The position numbers and the translations under genes were made by a program. A stretch of DNA of 64,000 bases from Octopus vulgaris (taxonomy: Eukaryota): contig OX597835.1 in the NCBI GenBank assembly GCA_951406725.2, forward strand, positions 21,018,001-21,082,000. Reading direction: 5' to 3'. Under the pieces are notes generated by a model. The model did not search any database, was not told where the DNA came from, and saw only the letters and a list, made by a program, of their open reading frames with translations. Positions 25,867-38,801 of the stretch are shown here, piece after piece (positions within the stretch are counted from its first letter, which is position 1; each line of letters opens with the position of its first letter).

Positions 25867-26429
25867 GTATTTATAAAGAGAATAATGCACAGATAAATAA
25901 TGGCTGCAATTTCACTTCGAGGAATGCCATCTCTTGATTGTTGGTGTTCTCTGAAAATTCTTTAGATGTATGTTTTCTTGTTCTGTTTGTGACCTCCACC
26001 CGTTTTGCATAATTAATGATGTGGCAGTATGCATGCATATCCATGGACCATTGTGTTCGAATATCCAGGACTCAGATATACACTTTCAGTTTCATACCTG
26101 TTATTGCTGGAGTTACAGAATACATACCAACCAGTCTGGAGCAAAGTATGGCTGGACTTAGAGTCTTCGGGAGAAAATGCTAATCCTTAATTCTTACTCT
26201 CCAAAGGATCGTGACATCTGGGATTTTCTGAAACTTTAAGACCTAAAGATTTAAAGAACGTTGTTTTCTGTTTTCTTTCATAAACTTTTTACGAAACAGT
26301 TGGCCGGACAAAATTTATTGTAAATTAAAAGGAGAATGAGAATATACAGAATGAAAATATACATACATACATACATACATACATACATACATACATACAT
26401 ACATACATACATACATACATACCTGTCTT

Positions 26430-26728
26430 GGCACTCCTTCGATAATGATGACAAGGATTCCAGCTGATCCTATCTACGGAACAGCCTGCTCGTGATATTA
26501 ACGTGCAAGTGGCTGAGTACTCCAAAGACACACGTACCCTTCAAATAGTTCTCAGGAACATTCATCGTGACACAGAATGTGATTAGGTTGGCCCTTTGAA
26601 ATACAAGTACAATTCATTTTTGCCAGCTGAGTGAACAGGAGCATCGTAAAATAAAATGACTTGCTGAAGGATACACCGCTGGGAATCGAACCGAAAACCT
26701 TACGAATGTGAGAATACCCTAACCACAT
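26430..26728 (-). mobile_element. Diverged SINE with a family-C-type tail
   Basis: GGAACAGCCTGCTCGTG..TTAACGTGCAAGTGGCTGAG plus a degenerate tRNA head at 26680-26728. Confidence 0.7.
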
Positions 26729-27142
26729 AGTTATATAAATACATACATCCTTGCACACATAACAGCATTTCCCACTTGTATATAAGTAGCATTTTTGTTT
26801 ACGATGCACAACACCGCTGAAAACATTCTCGTTTAAAACACGTATTATCTATATATTAGGTATCTCTGTTAATATATTTACGTTCTGTATACGTAAATCC
26901 TACGTTGTGAAAATATAATCTAATATTTCTGCTGTAAAACTGTTGTAGAAAAATGTAAATAACATATTTTTTTCTGTAAAACATGTAAAAAAACATATTT
27001 TTTTAATTTCAACTTACATATATATAATTCTCTAACAAAAATACTTATCTCCTACATGAAAAATATTTTTTTTATTCCAAGATATTTATATTAGTTCAAA
27101 AAGTAATCGCAATTTCAACAAACCTCTCTCATTATTTTCCCC

Positions 27143-27174
<32 letters not shown>

Positions 27175-27189
27175 GTATATATATGTATG

Positions 27190-27232
<43 letters not shown>

Positions 27233-27341
27233 GGACAACTACTTACTAAGGAAAACTTAACAAGAAATTGTCAGGTAGATAGCGTAAAAACCTCATAAGA
27301 GAATAAATTTCGAAAATAATTATTTCTTATTGAACATATTA

Positions 27342-27468
27342 ATTTATATATAGAGGGCATTATACATACATAGAAGGCATTATATATACATGTAAGAGGG
27401 ACATGACTAATTGTCCCTCTTAGCGTTTGGCATGTATATAATGCCTTCTGATGTATGTATAACCCCTC

Positions 27469-27479
<11 letters not shown>
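27342..27479. repeat. Imperfect ~62-bp fold-back palindrome
   Basis: 27342-27403 pairs with 27412-27479 (TAAGAGGGACA/TGTCCCTCTTA, AGAAGGCATTATATA/TATATAATGCCTTCT). Confidence 0.85.
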
Positions 27480-27554
<75 letters not shown>

Positions 27555-27680
27555 TACATATATATATATATACATACATATATATATATATGTATATACA
27601 TACATATATGTATGTATATACATACATATATATATATATGTGTATATGTATATATATATGTGTGTGTGTATATGTATATA

Positions 27681-27713
<33 letters not shown>

Positions 27714-27730
27714 GGATATACAGTAATAAA

Positions 27731-28052
27731 GGCGCATGGCTCAGTGGTTAGAGCGTCGAGCTTACGATCGTGAGGTTCTGAGCTCGAATCCCGACCGGGC
27801 TGCGTGTTGTGTTCTTGAGCAAGACACTTTATTTCACGTCGCTCCAGTTCACTCAGCTGCAGAAATGAGTTGCGACGTCACTGGTGCCAAGCTGTATCGA
27901 CCTTTGTCTTTCCCTTGGATAACACTGGTGGCGTGGAGAGGGGAGGCCGGTATGCATGGGCGACTACTGGTCTTCCATAAAACAACCTTGCCCAGACTTG
28001 TGCCTCAGAGGGTAACTCTCTAGGTGCAAAGACCGAAGGGGGTCTTTATCCT
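27731..28052 (+). mobile_element. SINE family D (tRNA head, V/Meta-like core) with TSD
   Basis: GGCGCATGGCTCAGTGGTTAGAGCG...TCGAATCCC, then GTTGTGTTCTTGAGCAAGACACTTTA; TSD TACAGTAATAAA at 27719-27730 and 28053-28064. Confidence 0.85.
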
Positions 28053-28301
28053 TTACAGTAATAAAAATTCATCCTTAGATGGAATTAATAAATATCTTAA
28101 TGCATTGCTACGCGCGTTTGCAGGAATCACATGTTTCTTAAGACCATGGTGTGTATTTCTGGAATGGTAATAGTGCAGTCCGTAGTATCCATGAACATCA
28201 AGGAGATATTGTTTTTGCATTCATTTCTTCAGAAGATATAGCATTAATTGATGTTTAACTCTGAGTGCCAGAAGCGTTATCACGCAGGGAGACATCTTAA
28301 G

Positions 28302-28682
28302 GGGTATTTCGTCTGCCGCTACGTTCTGAGTTCAAATTCCGCCGAGGTCGACTTTGCCTTTCATACTTTCGGAGTCGATTAAATAAGTACCAGTTACGCA
28401 CTGGAGTCGATGTAATCCACTTAATCCCTTTGTCGGTCCTTGTTTGTCCCCTCTATGTTTAGCTCCTTGTGGGCAATAAAGAAATAAGAAACGATACAAC
28501 GCCGGGTGAATTGCTTAGCTGTATTTCGTGTTTCTTTATGTTCAGAGCTCAAATTCCCCCGTGGTCGAATTTGCCTTTCTTCCTTTCGAGGTCGATAAAT
28601 TAAGTACAGTTGGGTGCTGGGGTCGATCTAATCGACTGGTCCCCCACCTAGAGTTTCGGGCCTTGTGCCTAGAGTAGAAACG
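28302..28682 (+). mobile_element. SINE family A: headless unit followed by a related variant copy
   Basis: Starts at GGTATTTCGTCTG, the same point as the tandem units; the second copy ends CCTTGTGCCTAGAGTAGAAA. Confidence 0.85.
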
Positions 28683-28727
28683 TATATTTTAATTCGAGTT
28701 TTAAGATTAGGATTTATGATTATATTA

Positions 28728-29110
28728 TTCTTTCACCTGTTTCAGTCATTTGACTGCAGCCATGCTGGAGCACCGTATTAGTCGAACTAGTCGACTGTGT
28801 AAATATAGTACCTATCCCGTCGGTCTCTTTGGCCGAACTGCTAAGTTATGGGGACGTAAATCCACCAACATCTTTTGTCAAGCGATGGTAGGGGTACAAA
28901 TACAGACACACAAATACACACACAAATACACACACACACACACACACACAAATATATATATATATATATACACGACGGGCTTCTTTCAGTTTCCGTCTAC
29001 CAAATCCTTTCACAAGGCTTTGGTCGGCACCGAGTATATAGTAGAAGACACTTGCCCAAAATGCCTAGCAGTGGGACTGAACCCGGAACCATGTGTTTGG
29101 GAAGTAAGAT
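28728..29110 (-). mobile_element. SINE family B
   Basis: Matches 60146-60576. Confidence 0.85.
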
Positions 29111-29539
29111 TATGATTTATTTTTTTAAATGGTGAACCTCGGCTGTATTTGAACCCAGAAAATAAAGAACTGGAAGAAATGCCGCTAAGCATTTTGCTAA
29201 CTATTGCTAACTATTCTACCTGCTCGACGTCCAGAAAGTGTATGTAATATATAAGCGATAGAGAATTGAGTAGACTCACGAGAATTGAGTAGATTCACGA
29301 GCACAGAATAAGACGTGTAGAGGATCACTTGCAGGAATTGAACTACATGTCTGCCGAATACAATTCGACCGCAAGAACCATTATACCAGAGCGCCACACC
29401 ATCTCTTGCCATCGAATTTACAGCAAAGGAATGTAGTTGTGGACTAGCTACCACTGCAAAGTCCACCTTCCCTGCTGCTGCTGCCCCTCCTCCTCGACAT
29501 CGCCCTCTTCTTCCAAATCCTCTCCCCACTCCTCCACCT

Positions 29540-29665
29540 CTTACTACTACTACTACCACCACCACTGCTACTACTACTACTACCACTACTACCACCACTA
29601 CTACTACTACAACTACTACTACTACCACCACCACCACCATCACCACTACTACTACTACAACCACC

Positions 29666-29697
<32 letters not shown>

Positions 29698-29793
29698 CAC
29701 TACCACCACCACCAACACTACTACTACCACCACCACCACTGCTACTACTACCACCACCACCACTACCACCACCACCACCACCACCACCACAAC

Positions 29794-29846
<53 letters not shown>

Positions 29847-29880
29847 GCTGTTGTTTCTGCTGCTGCAGTTGCCACTACTA
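29540..29880. repeat. (TAC/CAC)n trinucleotide repeat
   Basis: Direct inspection; source of the poly-V/H/Y ORFs. Confidence 0.95.
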
Positions 29881-30143
29881 TGACAAGCAACTATCTCTGT
29901 TAGTCAAGGATCCTCAGTACATTCTGTCTCCCGAAATCTATTCAGAACCGAGTTGCAACATGGAATTATGATAAGAGATACACTAGTCACCTATACAATT
30001 TGCTGATTAGCAATGGAATCGAAACCGCCACTACAGTGAATTCTTGACAAACCTTCAAAACTTCATTCATGACAAATCAATGGCAAAATTCACTCCCAAG
30101 TTTCCTATAATTACAAAAGTTAATTAATATTTTATTATTACAA

Positions 30144-30375
30144 GGCGGCGAGCTGTCAGAAACGTTAGCACGCCGGGCGAAATGTGTAGCCATATTTCGT
30201 CTGTCGCTACGTTCTGAGTTCAAATTCCGCCGAGGTCGACTTTGCCTTTCATCCTTTCGGGGTCGATAAATTAAGTACCAGTTACGCAGTGAGGTCGATG
30301 TAATCGGCTTAATCCGTTTGTCTGTCCTTGTTTGACCCCTCTCTGTTTAGCCCCTTGTGGGTAGTAAAGAAATAA
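30144..30375 (+). mobile_element. SINE family A monomer with TSD
   Basis: Full head plus one unit; AATATTTTATTATTA duplicated at 30126-30140 and 30375-30389. Confidence 0.92.
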
Positions 30376-30392
30376 ATATTTTATTATTAATC

Positions 30393-30725
30393 TTGGCTGT
30401 GTGATAAGAAGCTTGATTCTCCAACCATGCGGTCACGGGTTTTAGTAACCCTGCGTGACCCCATGGACATGTGTATTTTATTACAGCCGCGGGCCGATCA
30501 AACTCTTATGAGTAGATTTGCTATAGTTATATATGGTTGTCTTTGTTATATTGTTATATATGGATGTGTGGTAAGAAGTTCATTTCCCAACTACATGATT
30601 CCGGGTTCAATCCTACGGCGTAGAACCTTGTACAAGTGTCTTCTACTGTAGTCTTGGGCAAAACAAAGCCTTGCGAATGGATCTGGTAAACGGAAACTGA
30701 ATGAACCCCGTCGTATATGTAACTA

Positions 30726-30763
<38 letters not shown>

Positions 30764-30890
30764 TGTGTGTCTTTTTTCCCCGCCTTTGTTCACCGTTCGA
30801 GAAACGAAGTCGATATGTTTCACTAAAACCCTTTAAGGAGGTGCCCCAGCATGGCCGCCGCAATGAAATATCTGAAACAAAACAAGTAGA
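30393..30890 (+). mobile_element. Two degenerate SINE family B copies
   Basis: GGCTGTGTGATAAGAAGCTT head, a second head near 30562, tail CCAGCATGGCCGC. Confidence 0.7.
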
Positions 30891-31404
30891 GGAAGATAAA
30901 AAGATTGCTTTGATACAAGAAACGAAACAACAACAACACCGGGGAGTATTGCGTATGAGAGGGAGCAGCAGTCGTCTCCACCCCTGACAACAAAAATTAA
31001 TAAATAACGTTTATATCTACTAAATACTTCCTCCGCTCCAACCTTTCTCCGATTATCTAAAGTGAGCGAGGACCTAACGGGGTTAATAACATTCTTTGTT
31101 TTCCAGCGTATCCTCTTTCAACTCATAAATATATCATTAATAACATAGATTAGTATCATTTGACCTCATACTGCGATATCATCACACTATTGTTTTGGTG
31201 TGGCTTTGTGTGTGTATGTGTGTGTGTGTGTTTGTGTGTGTGTATGTGTGTGAGTTGTGTTTTTATTTTTCTATTTCACGCTATAGTATTATGAATGTTT
31301 TTTTACTGGTGGTAGGTGTTCATTTTATTTTAATGCTTTCTTCCTATGTTGACCTCTCTTTCTCACTCCCGCTCTCTCATTTACTTTCAGTGTATATATA
31401 TGTG

Positions 31405-31467
<63 letters not shown>

Positions 31468-31659
31468 TACATACATACATATATATGGGTGTGTGTGTGT
31501 ATATATATATATAATATATATGTGTGTATACATATACCTACACACTCACATATAGATATATCTATGTATACACGTATGTATGTACATATTTATTTATAAA
31601 CATATATGAAGCTATAAATATAAATAAGAGGTAAAAATATAGACAAAATTATGTGTATA

Positions 31660-31711
<52 letters not shown>

Positions 31712-31769
31712 TGTCAATAAATGAGTGTGTGTATGTATATGTGTATGTGTAGATGTCCAAATATTTATC

Positions 31770-31802
<33 letters not shown>

Positions 31803-31847
31803 TGCATACACATATACATATATATAATTATACATATAAAATAAATA

Positions 31848-31888
<41 letters not shown>

Positions 31889-32179
31889 GCACACGCACAT
31901 ACACGCACAGACACAGTGTGAAAGGGACAATGTACTCGGAGAGTGATAAGCGTATTAACTTATTCGGTTTCATCCGACGTCCCCTCAACCGTCATCGTCT
32001 TCTTTTAATTTTTTTCTTTTTATATTTTCTTTCAAAGACACATCACGTATTTTTCGAGTGTTCTGTGTTTTTTTTACATTTATGTATATAACCTCTCGAT
32101 AATGTAGAATTTATTACAGCAGATACATATTTAAATTACTAACATAAATATTAAATATTAGTATCTGCAACAACAATAT

Positions 32180-32236
32180 TTTATTCTTATTACTATCATC
32201 GTTGTCAACATCATCACCATTATCATCGTAATCATC

Positions 32237-32271
<35 letters not shown>

Positions 32272-32384
32272 GATTATTATTATCATTACTATTATCATTA
32301 GTATTATTATTACCATTATTATTATCATTATTATTAATATTATTATTATTATTATTATCATTATTGTTATTATTATTATTGTTA

Positions 32385-32418
<34 letters not shown>

Positions 32419-32480
32419 GATTATTATTATCATTACTATTATTATTAGTATTATTATTACCATTATTATTTTTATCATTA
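32180..32480. repeat. (ATT/ATC)n repeat
   Basis: Direct inspection; source of the poly-I ORFs. Confidence 0.95.
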
Positions 32481-32847
32481 GTCTTGTTTATATTTCGTTA
32501 TAAGGTTTCTTTCGTTTTTACCTATTACTGTATATGTTTTTGTAGCTGTTTTCCATATTTATATATAATCTTTCTTTTTCGTGGGTTCATGGGAAAAAAA
32601 TAAGCAAAACTGAACAAAAACCATTTGAAATGAGATACGTAAAACCATCCAAAATATTATAATGTATACATGACAGATAGGGTAATGTATAGAGTAAAAC
32701 GTACATCCATACGCTCGACTAATACACGTACATTCATACATCCATAAAATATGCTGTATGACAAATTGTAAAATAAAAAGAAATGAATTTGGAAGATGTA
32801 CCAGTCTTCGTATTTTCTATTATTGTTATAATTATAAATATCGTAAA

Positions 32848-33292
32848 ATATATTTGCCAACTAAATGTGACGGTCCCATAGAGGACGATGTTACTGTTGT
32901 TTTTAACCCCACGAAGATATTTCCTCCAGCTGGTTAACGACACACTATTTGTGTCCGATTAGTATTTGCGAAATCATCGCTCCCATCTCTACCTTTAGGT
33001 AATGCACACAGACCTCGCTCAGAGGTTTAATATAGCTCATTCCTCGTTTATTTCCAGATCAGCGACAGTTTGTCGCTGGAAAAAGCATATAGTGTTTTGC
33101 TAGTGGAATGGGTTTTCATTACTCGCTGGTGATTATCACACACTGAAGACGAGTAACTACTTAGAAACCCGGGTCTTTGTGTACCACGTAAGGCTAGAAA
33201 TGGGAACGATGACCTCCCCTCGCAAATACTATTCGGACACAGACAGTGTGTCGTTAGCCAGCTGCAGGAGATTCTTCCTGAGGCTAAAAATA
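32848..33292. mobile_element. Diverged retrozyme-family relative, also as two inverted arms
   Basis: 32848-33022 resembles 17203-17370 (CCTCCAGCTGG, GACACACTATTTGTGTCC, AGTATTTGC); 33058-33292 resembles 17655-17882 (CAGCGACAG..CGCTGGAAAAAG, GCAAATACT, GGACACAGACAGTGTGTC). Confidence 0.8.
33137..33181 (+). ncRNA. Type I hammerhead ribozyme, slightly decayed
   Basis: CACACA-CTGAAGA-cGAGT aact ACTTa-GAAA-CCCGGG-TC-TTTGTG; intact core, palindromic ACCCGGGT, one mismatch each in stems I and II. Confidence 0.8.
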
Positions 33293-33317
33293 AAAGAAAG
33301 ACAGTAATGTTTATACT

Positions 33318-33720
33318 TGTGGCTAAACAACCACATGGTTCCGGGTTCAGTCCCACTGCGTGGCATCTTGGGCAAGTGTCTTCTGCTATAGCCCCGGGCC
33401 GACCAATGCCTTGTGAGTGGATTTGGTAGACGGAAACTGAAAGAAGCCTGTCGTATATATGTATATATATATAAGTGTGTGTGTATATGTTTGTGTGTGT
33501 GTGTTTGTCCCCCTAGCATTGCTTGACAACCGATGCTGGTGTGTTTACGTCCCCGTCACTTAGCGGTTCGGCAAAAAGAGACCGATAGAATAAGTACTGG
33601 GCTTACAAAGAATAAGTCCCGGGGTCGATTTGCTCGACTAAAGGCGGTGCTCCAGCATGGCCGCAGTCAAATGACTGAAACAAATGAAAGAGTAAAAAAG
33701 AGTAAAAGAGTAAAAGAGTA
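33318..33720 (+). mobile_element. SINE family B
   Basis: Near-consensus body and (AAAAGAGT)n tail. Confidence 0.9.
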
Positions 33721-33921
33721 TACACGCAGAAAACAGAAAAGAAAGCAATGAGAGGGCAGTTTAAAAATGAAAGAAAAATTAAATGTGCGGAAAACATAGA
33801 AACATATTTTATACGAAATGGAATAAAAGAGTCGACGAGAAACGTCTTTTGCGACGGACCCCGTTCGTCAAGGCGGACGAAACAGCATCAAGAAATACGT
33901 CAGACCACCAAAACATCACCG

Positions 33922-33962
<41 letters not shown>

Positions 33963-33988
33963 CACTACTATTACTACTACTACTACTA

Positions 33989-34049
<61 letters not shown>

Positions 34050-34114
34050 CACTACTATTACTACTACCACTACTATTACTACTACTACTACTACTACTAC
34101 TACCACTACTACTA

Positions 34115-34154
<40 letters not shown>

Positions 34155-34259
34155 CACTACTATTACTACTACCACTACTATTACTACTACTGCTACTATT
34201 ACTGCTGCTACTACTACTACTACTACTACTACCACTACTATTACTACTACCACTACTAT

Positions 34260-34291
<32 letters not shown>

Positions 34292-34322
34292 TTACTACTA
34301 CTACTACTACTACTACTACTAT

Positions 34323-34360
<38 letters not shown>

Positions 34361-34391
34361 TTACCACTACTATTACTACTACCACTACTAT

Positions 34392-34424
<33 letters not shown>

Positions 34425-34629
34425 TGTTGCTGCTGCCACTGCTGCTGCTGCTACTACTACTACCACTACTACCACTACAACAACAACAACTACTACTATT
34501 ACTACTACCACTACTACTACTACCACTACTGTTGCTACTACTACTACCACTGCTACTACTACCACTACTACTACTACTACAATTACTACTACTGCTGCTA
34601 CTACTACTACTACTGCTGCTGCTACTATG

Positions 34630-34662
<33 letters not shown>

Positions 34663-34757
34663 TGCTACTACTACTACTACTACTACTATTACCACTACTA
34701 TTACTACTACTACTACAATTACTACTACTACTACTACTACTACCACTACTATTACTA

Positions 34758-34788
<31 letters not shown>

Positions 34789-34911
34789 CACTACTACCAC
34801 TACAACAACAACAACTACTACTGTTACTACTACCACTACTACTACTACCACTACTATTACTACTACTACTACCACTACTACTACTACCACTACTACTACT
34901 ACTACTACAAT

Positions 34912-34950
<39 letters not shown>
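33922..34950. repeat. About 1-kb (TAC)n trinucleotide repeat, followed by (GTT/CTT)-rich sequence to ~35320
   Basis: Direct inspection; source of the 408-aa and 467-aa homopolymeric ORFs. Confidence 0.95.
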
Positions 34951-34954
<4 letters not shown>

Positions 34955-35351
34955 GCTGTTGCGGTTGTTGTTAAGCTCGTGGACTGGAAGAATATTTTAC
35001 TACTTGTTCTTGTTTTTGTTTTTGTTCTTGTTCTTGTTCTCCATGTCCTTCTTGTTCTTCTTGTTCTTGTTCTTCTTTTTCTTCTTTTTCTTCTTTTTTC
35101 TTTTGAAACTCCTGCAGCTGCCTTTACTGCTACTATCACTGATAGGAGTAGTTGTAGCAATTGTAGTAATTTCTGTTGTGCGATAACAGTGACTGTGGCT
35201 GTTTTTACTCTTGCTTTTGTTGTTGATTTTGTTGTTGGTGCTGTTGTTATTGTTTTTGTGATTGTGGTGGTGGTGTTGTTGTTGTTGGTGGTGGTTTCGT
35301 TGGTTCCATCTGTTGTTACTAAATAGGCCATAGAGTTCGGTTACACTTACT

Positions 35352-35734
35352 TGGAAGCACTCACTCCGTCGGTTACGACGACGAGGGTTCCGGTTGATCC
35401 GAATCAACGGAACAACCTGCTCGTGAAATTAATGTGTAAGTGGCTGAGCACTCCACAGACACGTGCAACCCTTAACGTAGTTCTCGGGGATATTCAGCGT
35501 GACACAGAGAGTGACAAGGCCGGCCCTTTGAAATACAGGTACAACAGAAACAGGAAGTAAGAGAAAGTTATGGTGAAAGAGTACAGCAGGGATCACCACC
35601 ATCCCCTGCCGGAGCCTCGTGGAGCTTTAGGTGTTTTCGCTCAATAAACACTCACAACGCCCGGTCTGGGAATCGAAACCGCGATCCTACGACCGCGAGT
35701 CCGCTGCCCTAACCACTGGGTCATTGCGCCTCCA
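35352..35734 (-). mobile_element. SINE family C, full length with TSD
   Basis: TSD ACACTTACT at 35343-35351 and 35734-35742. Confidence 0.92.
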
Positions 35735-37081
35735 CACTTACTACAACCTGGTAGATGCTCGAACATACGGTGTCAAAAGAAAAAAACAATTCTACAACCG
35801 GTATATTGACATGCCACCGCTCCGTGGTCCGGACTCGGCTCTGAAAAAAACTTCAATGGCTTTTACAAACGTAAAATAAATCGAACATTCTCGTGCATCA
35901 ACAGAATTGTTGTTGCGGATTTTCGAATACTATAACCTCAGGTTGGCATTAACTGAATAGATCTATAAACAAAAATATTCCAGTGACAACCATCCCACTT
36001 TAAAATTCATACGTTGTCCATTGAAAACCATGAATTCAATAAAGTGTCAGGCAATATCGTTTTATAGCATATAGTGAGATATAAGGGAAATATGACACAT
36101 ATTTCTAGCAGAACAGTTGTTCACGTTGAGCAGTGGATCTTGTCCATTTTTTACCTATGAACCCACTCAATTTCTATTTTATTCTGATGGACCCCACTGC
36201 CATTCGGTGCTTAAGAAACTAATTTCATAAATACTTATCTCCAAATACTTATTTTGTTAGTCACACATTCACTTGTACAGTGTGAACTATGTAAACTGCG
36301 AGAGATAGAAACCTAGCTGTTTCTAGTTATTGATACATCTAAATACAATTTTTAAGATCCCTAAAATAGTATTATTTGATCCCAGATTTACTATTTCGCA
36401 AGCATGAACTCACAAAAGTTTTATATGGGTCATCAGGGGCCATATGCACCCTGGTTGAGAAACACTGACACAGAGTCTCGTTTGTACACCCCTTAAGTAT
36501 TGTTTAGTTTCTGATCTCAGACAGTTAGGATCAACACTGCAAGTGGTCCGATTACAGCCTCTTTTAGCTTGACCTAATGTAACACTGTGTAACACGATTT
36601 TTTTCCTTGGGTAGCAACTGTAATTTCCTATTTGCTTACTTCTAAAAAGTATGAAAAATGGCTAATATTTCCTTAAAATTTGCTTTAGCTATAGTTATTC
36701 AAACCCCAAAGAATCCCTTTCAACACATGGTTATGATGCTCTTTTACTATTCCTTTTCAAGGCCCGAGACGCACATATTGTACCCCATAAAGGGACATGA
36801 TCAAGTGATTATGTTCAAGCAACTGACAATCAAAGCTGTGGTAGTGATCAGAATACTTACTATAGCGATATTTCTGCTTCAGCAACTCAGAGCTGAATCT
36901 GTCAGAAATGTAATAGAATATAGGTCGGTCTTAAAAGCATCGATGTCCAGGTCATAAAAACAGAGTTTGAAGGGAATAGTAGTCATTTCCTTTGATTTAT
37001 TGATAGAATCAAATAGGAAATAACAATTACTGACCGAAGACATTAAGCAAAACTTTTTTTTATAATTCTTACAGTGTACAT

Positions 37082-37490
37082 AGGCGCGGAGTGGCTGTGT
37101 GGTAAGTAGCTTGCTTACCAACCACATGGTTCCGGGTTCAGTCCCACTGTGTGGCACCTTGAGCAACTGTCTTCTACTATAGCCTCGGGCCAACCAAAGC
37201 CTTGTGAGTGAATTTGGTAGACGGAAACTGAAAGAAGCCCGTCGTATATATGTATGTATATGTGTGTGTGCGTGTATGTTTGTGTCTGTGTTTGTCCCCC
37301 TAGCATTGCTTGACAACCGATGCTGGTGAGTTTATGTCCCCGTCACTTAGCGGTTCGGCAAAAGAGACCGATAGAATAAGTACTGGGCTTTACAAAGAAT
37401 AAGTCCCGGGGTCGAGTTGCTCGACTAAAGGCGCGTGCTCCAGCATGGCCGCTGTCAAATGACTGAAACAAGTAAAAGCGTAAAGAGTAG
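37082..37490 (+). mobile_element. SINE family B, full length
   Basis: Near-consensus match to the other copies. Confidence 0.9.
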
Positions 37491-37526
37491 TGTAATTGAT
37501 CTCGATTGGCTAGTTTATTCTAGCTA

Positions 37527-37993
37527 TATATATCATAGCGCATTGTGAAGACGCTTTATATTTCCAGCTCAACGTACAGCCACGTTGAGCCGTCTTTCTT
37601 CGCAAGATATACAGTGGATCAAATGGATGCATATATCATAGCGCATTGTGAAGACGCTGTATATTTCCAGCTCAAAGTACAGCCACGTTGAGCCGTCTTT
37701 CTTCGCAAGACATACAGTGGATCAAATGGATGCATATATAATAAGCGCATTGTGAAGACGCTGTATATTTCCAGCTCAACGTACAGCCACGTTGAGCCGT
37801 CTTTCTTCGCAAGACATACAGTGGATCAAATGGATGCATATATCAGAGCCGTTTTTCTTCGCAAGACAAGCAGTGGATCAAATGGATGCATATATAATAA
37901 GCGCATTGTGAAGACGCTGTATATTTCCAGCTCAACGTACAGCCACGATGAGCCGTCTTTCTTCGCAAGACATACAGTGGATCAAATGGATGC
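37527..37993. repeat. Tandem repeat, 103-104-bp unit, about 4.5 copies
   Basis: GCGCATTGTGAAGACG at 37538, 37641, 37745 and 37901, with a half unit at ~37846-37900. Confidence 0.95.
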
Positions 37994-38356
37994 AGGGTTA
38001 ACACATAAATATACAATTTATCCGTGAAATGTAACCAAAGTTGTTACAGCGCAGGTCATACATCTCTATAAAGAGAAAAAACAACAGGATTGGTTTCGGT
38101 AAGTGATAGGATTAACAATCTAGACTCTGTCAACCGGATCGTAATTTTTTTGCGCACAGTGGCTCATGAAGAGATAAAATCCGAGGTGTAACCAATTTGT
38201 ATTGTATGCATATTTTAGAAAAAGAAAATTGCATGTTTTGCACTTCAGATTATCACGAAATGTTGCGTTCTACACTATGAATTTCCGTACACACACATGC
38301 GCACACATACACTCACATATACACACACTTACTCATATAAACAAATATATACACAT

Positions 38357-38411
<55 letters not shown>

Positions 38412-38416
38412 CAAAC

Positions 38417-38451
<35 letters not shown>

Positions 38452-38462
38452 AACACATACAC

Positions 38463-38499
<37 letters not shown>

Positions 38500-38510
38500 A
38501 ACAAACGTAC

Positions 38511-38556
<46 letters not shown>

Positions 38557-38764
38557 CATAAATCTTTCAATGCTAGATGAATACCTACTGCATTCATATC
38601 TTACAATCATTTTTACATGCATAAATATACGTGTGCCTGTGTGGTGGTCGTTGATGGGTGAGTGTTACGTGTGTGTATGTATTTATATATTTATATATAT
38701 ATATATATATATACAAATAAATACATATATATATATATGGATATAAATGCACACACACATATAC

Positions 38765-38801
<37 letters not shown>

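Noticed and set aside
27731-27800. tRNA gene (also the heads of SINE families A, B and C)
   Set aside because: A and B boxes are present, but the acceptor stem is incomplete and the sequence runs into a SINE body with a TSD.
25900-28250. Further hammerhead relics (GAAATTGCAGCC near 25910; CAAACGCGCGTA near 28110, both minus strand)
   Set aside because: Too many core substitutions and no matching stem I.
29280-29440. Protein-like stretch IHEHRIRRVEDHLQELNYMSAEYNST
   Set aside because: Bounded by stops, with no homology recognised and no clear splice signals.
33748-35331. Long ORFs (408, 467, 299, 223 aa), mucin-like poly-Thr
   Set aside because: Pure (TAC)n repeat open in several frames, with no domain or splice context.
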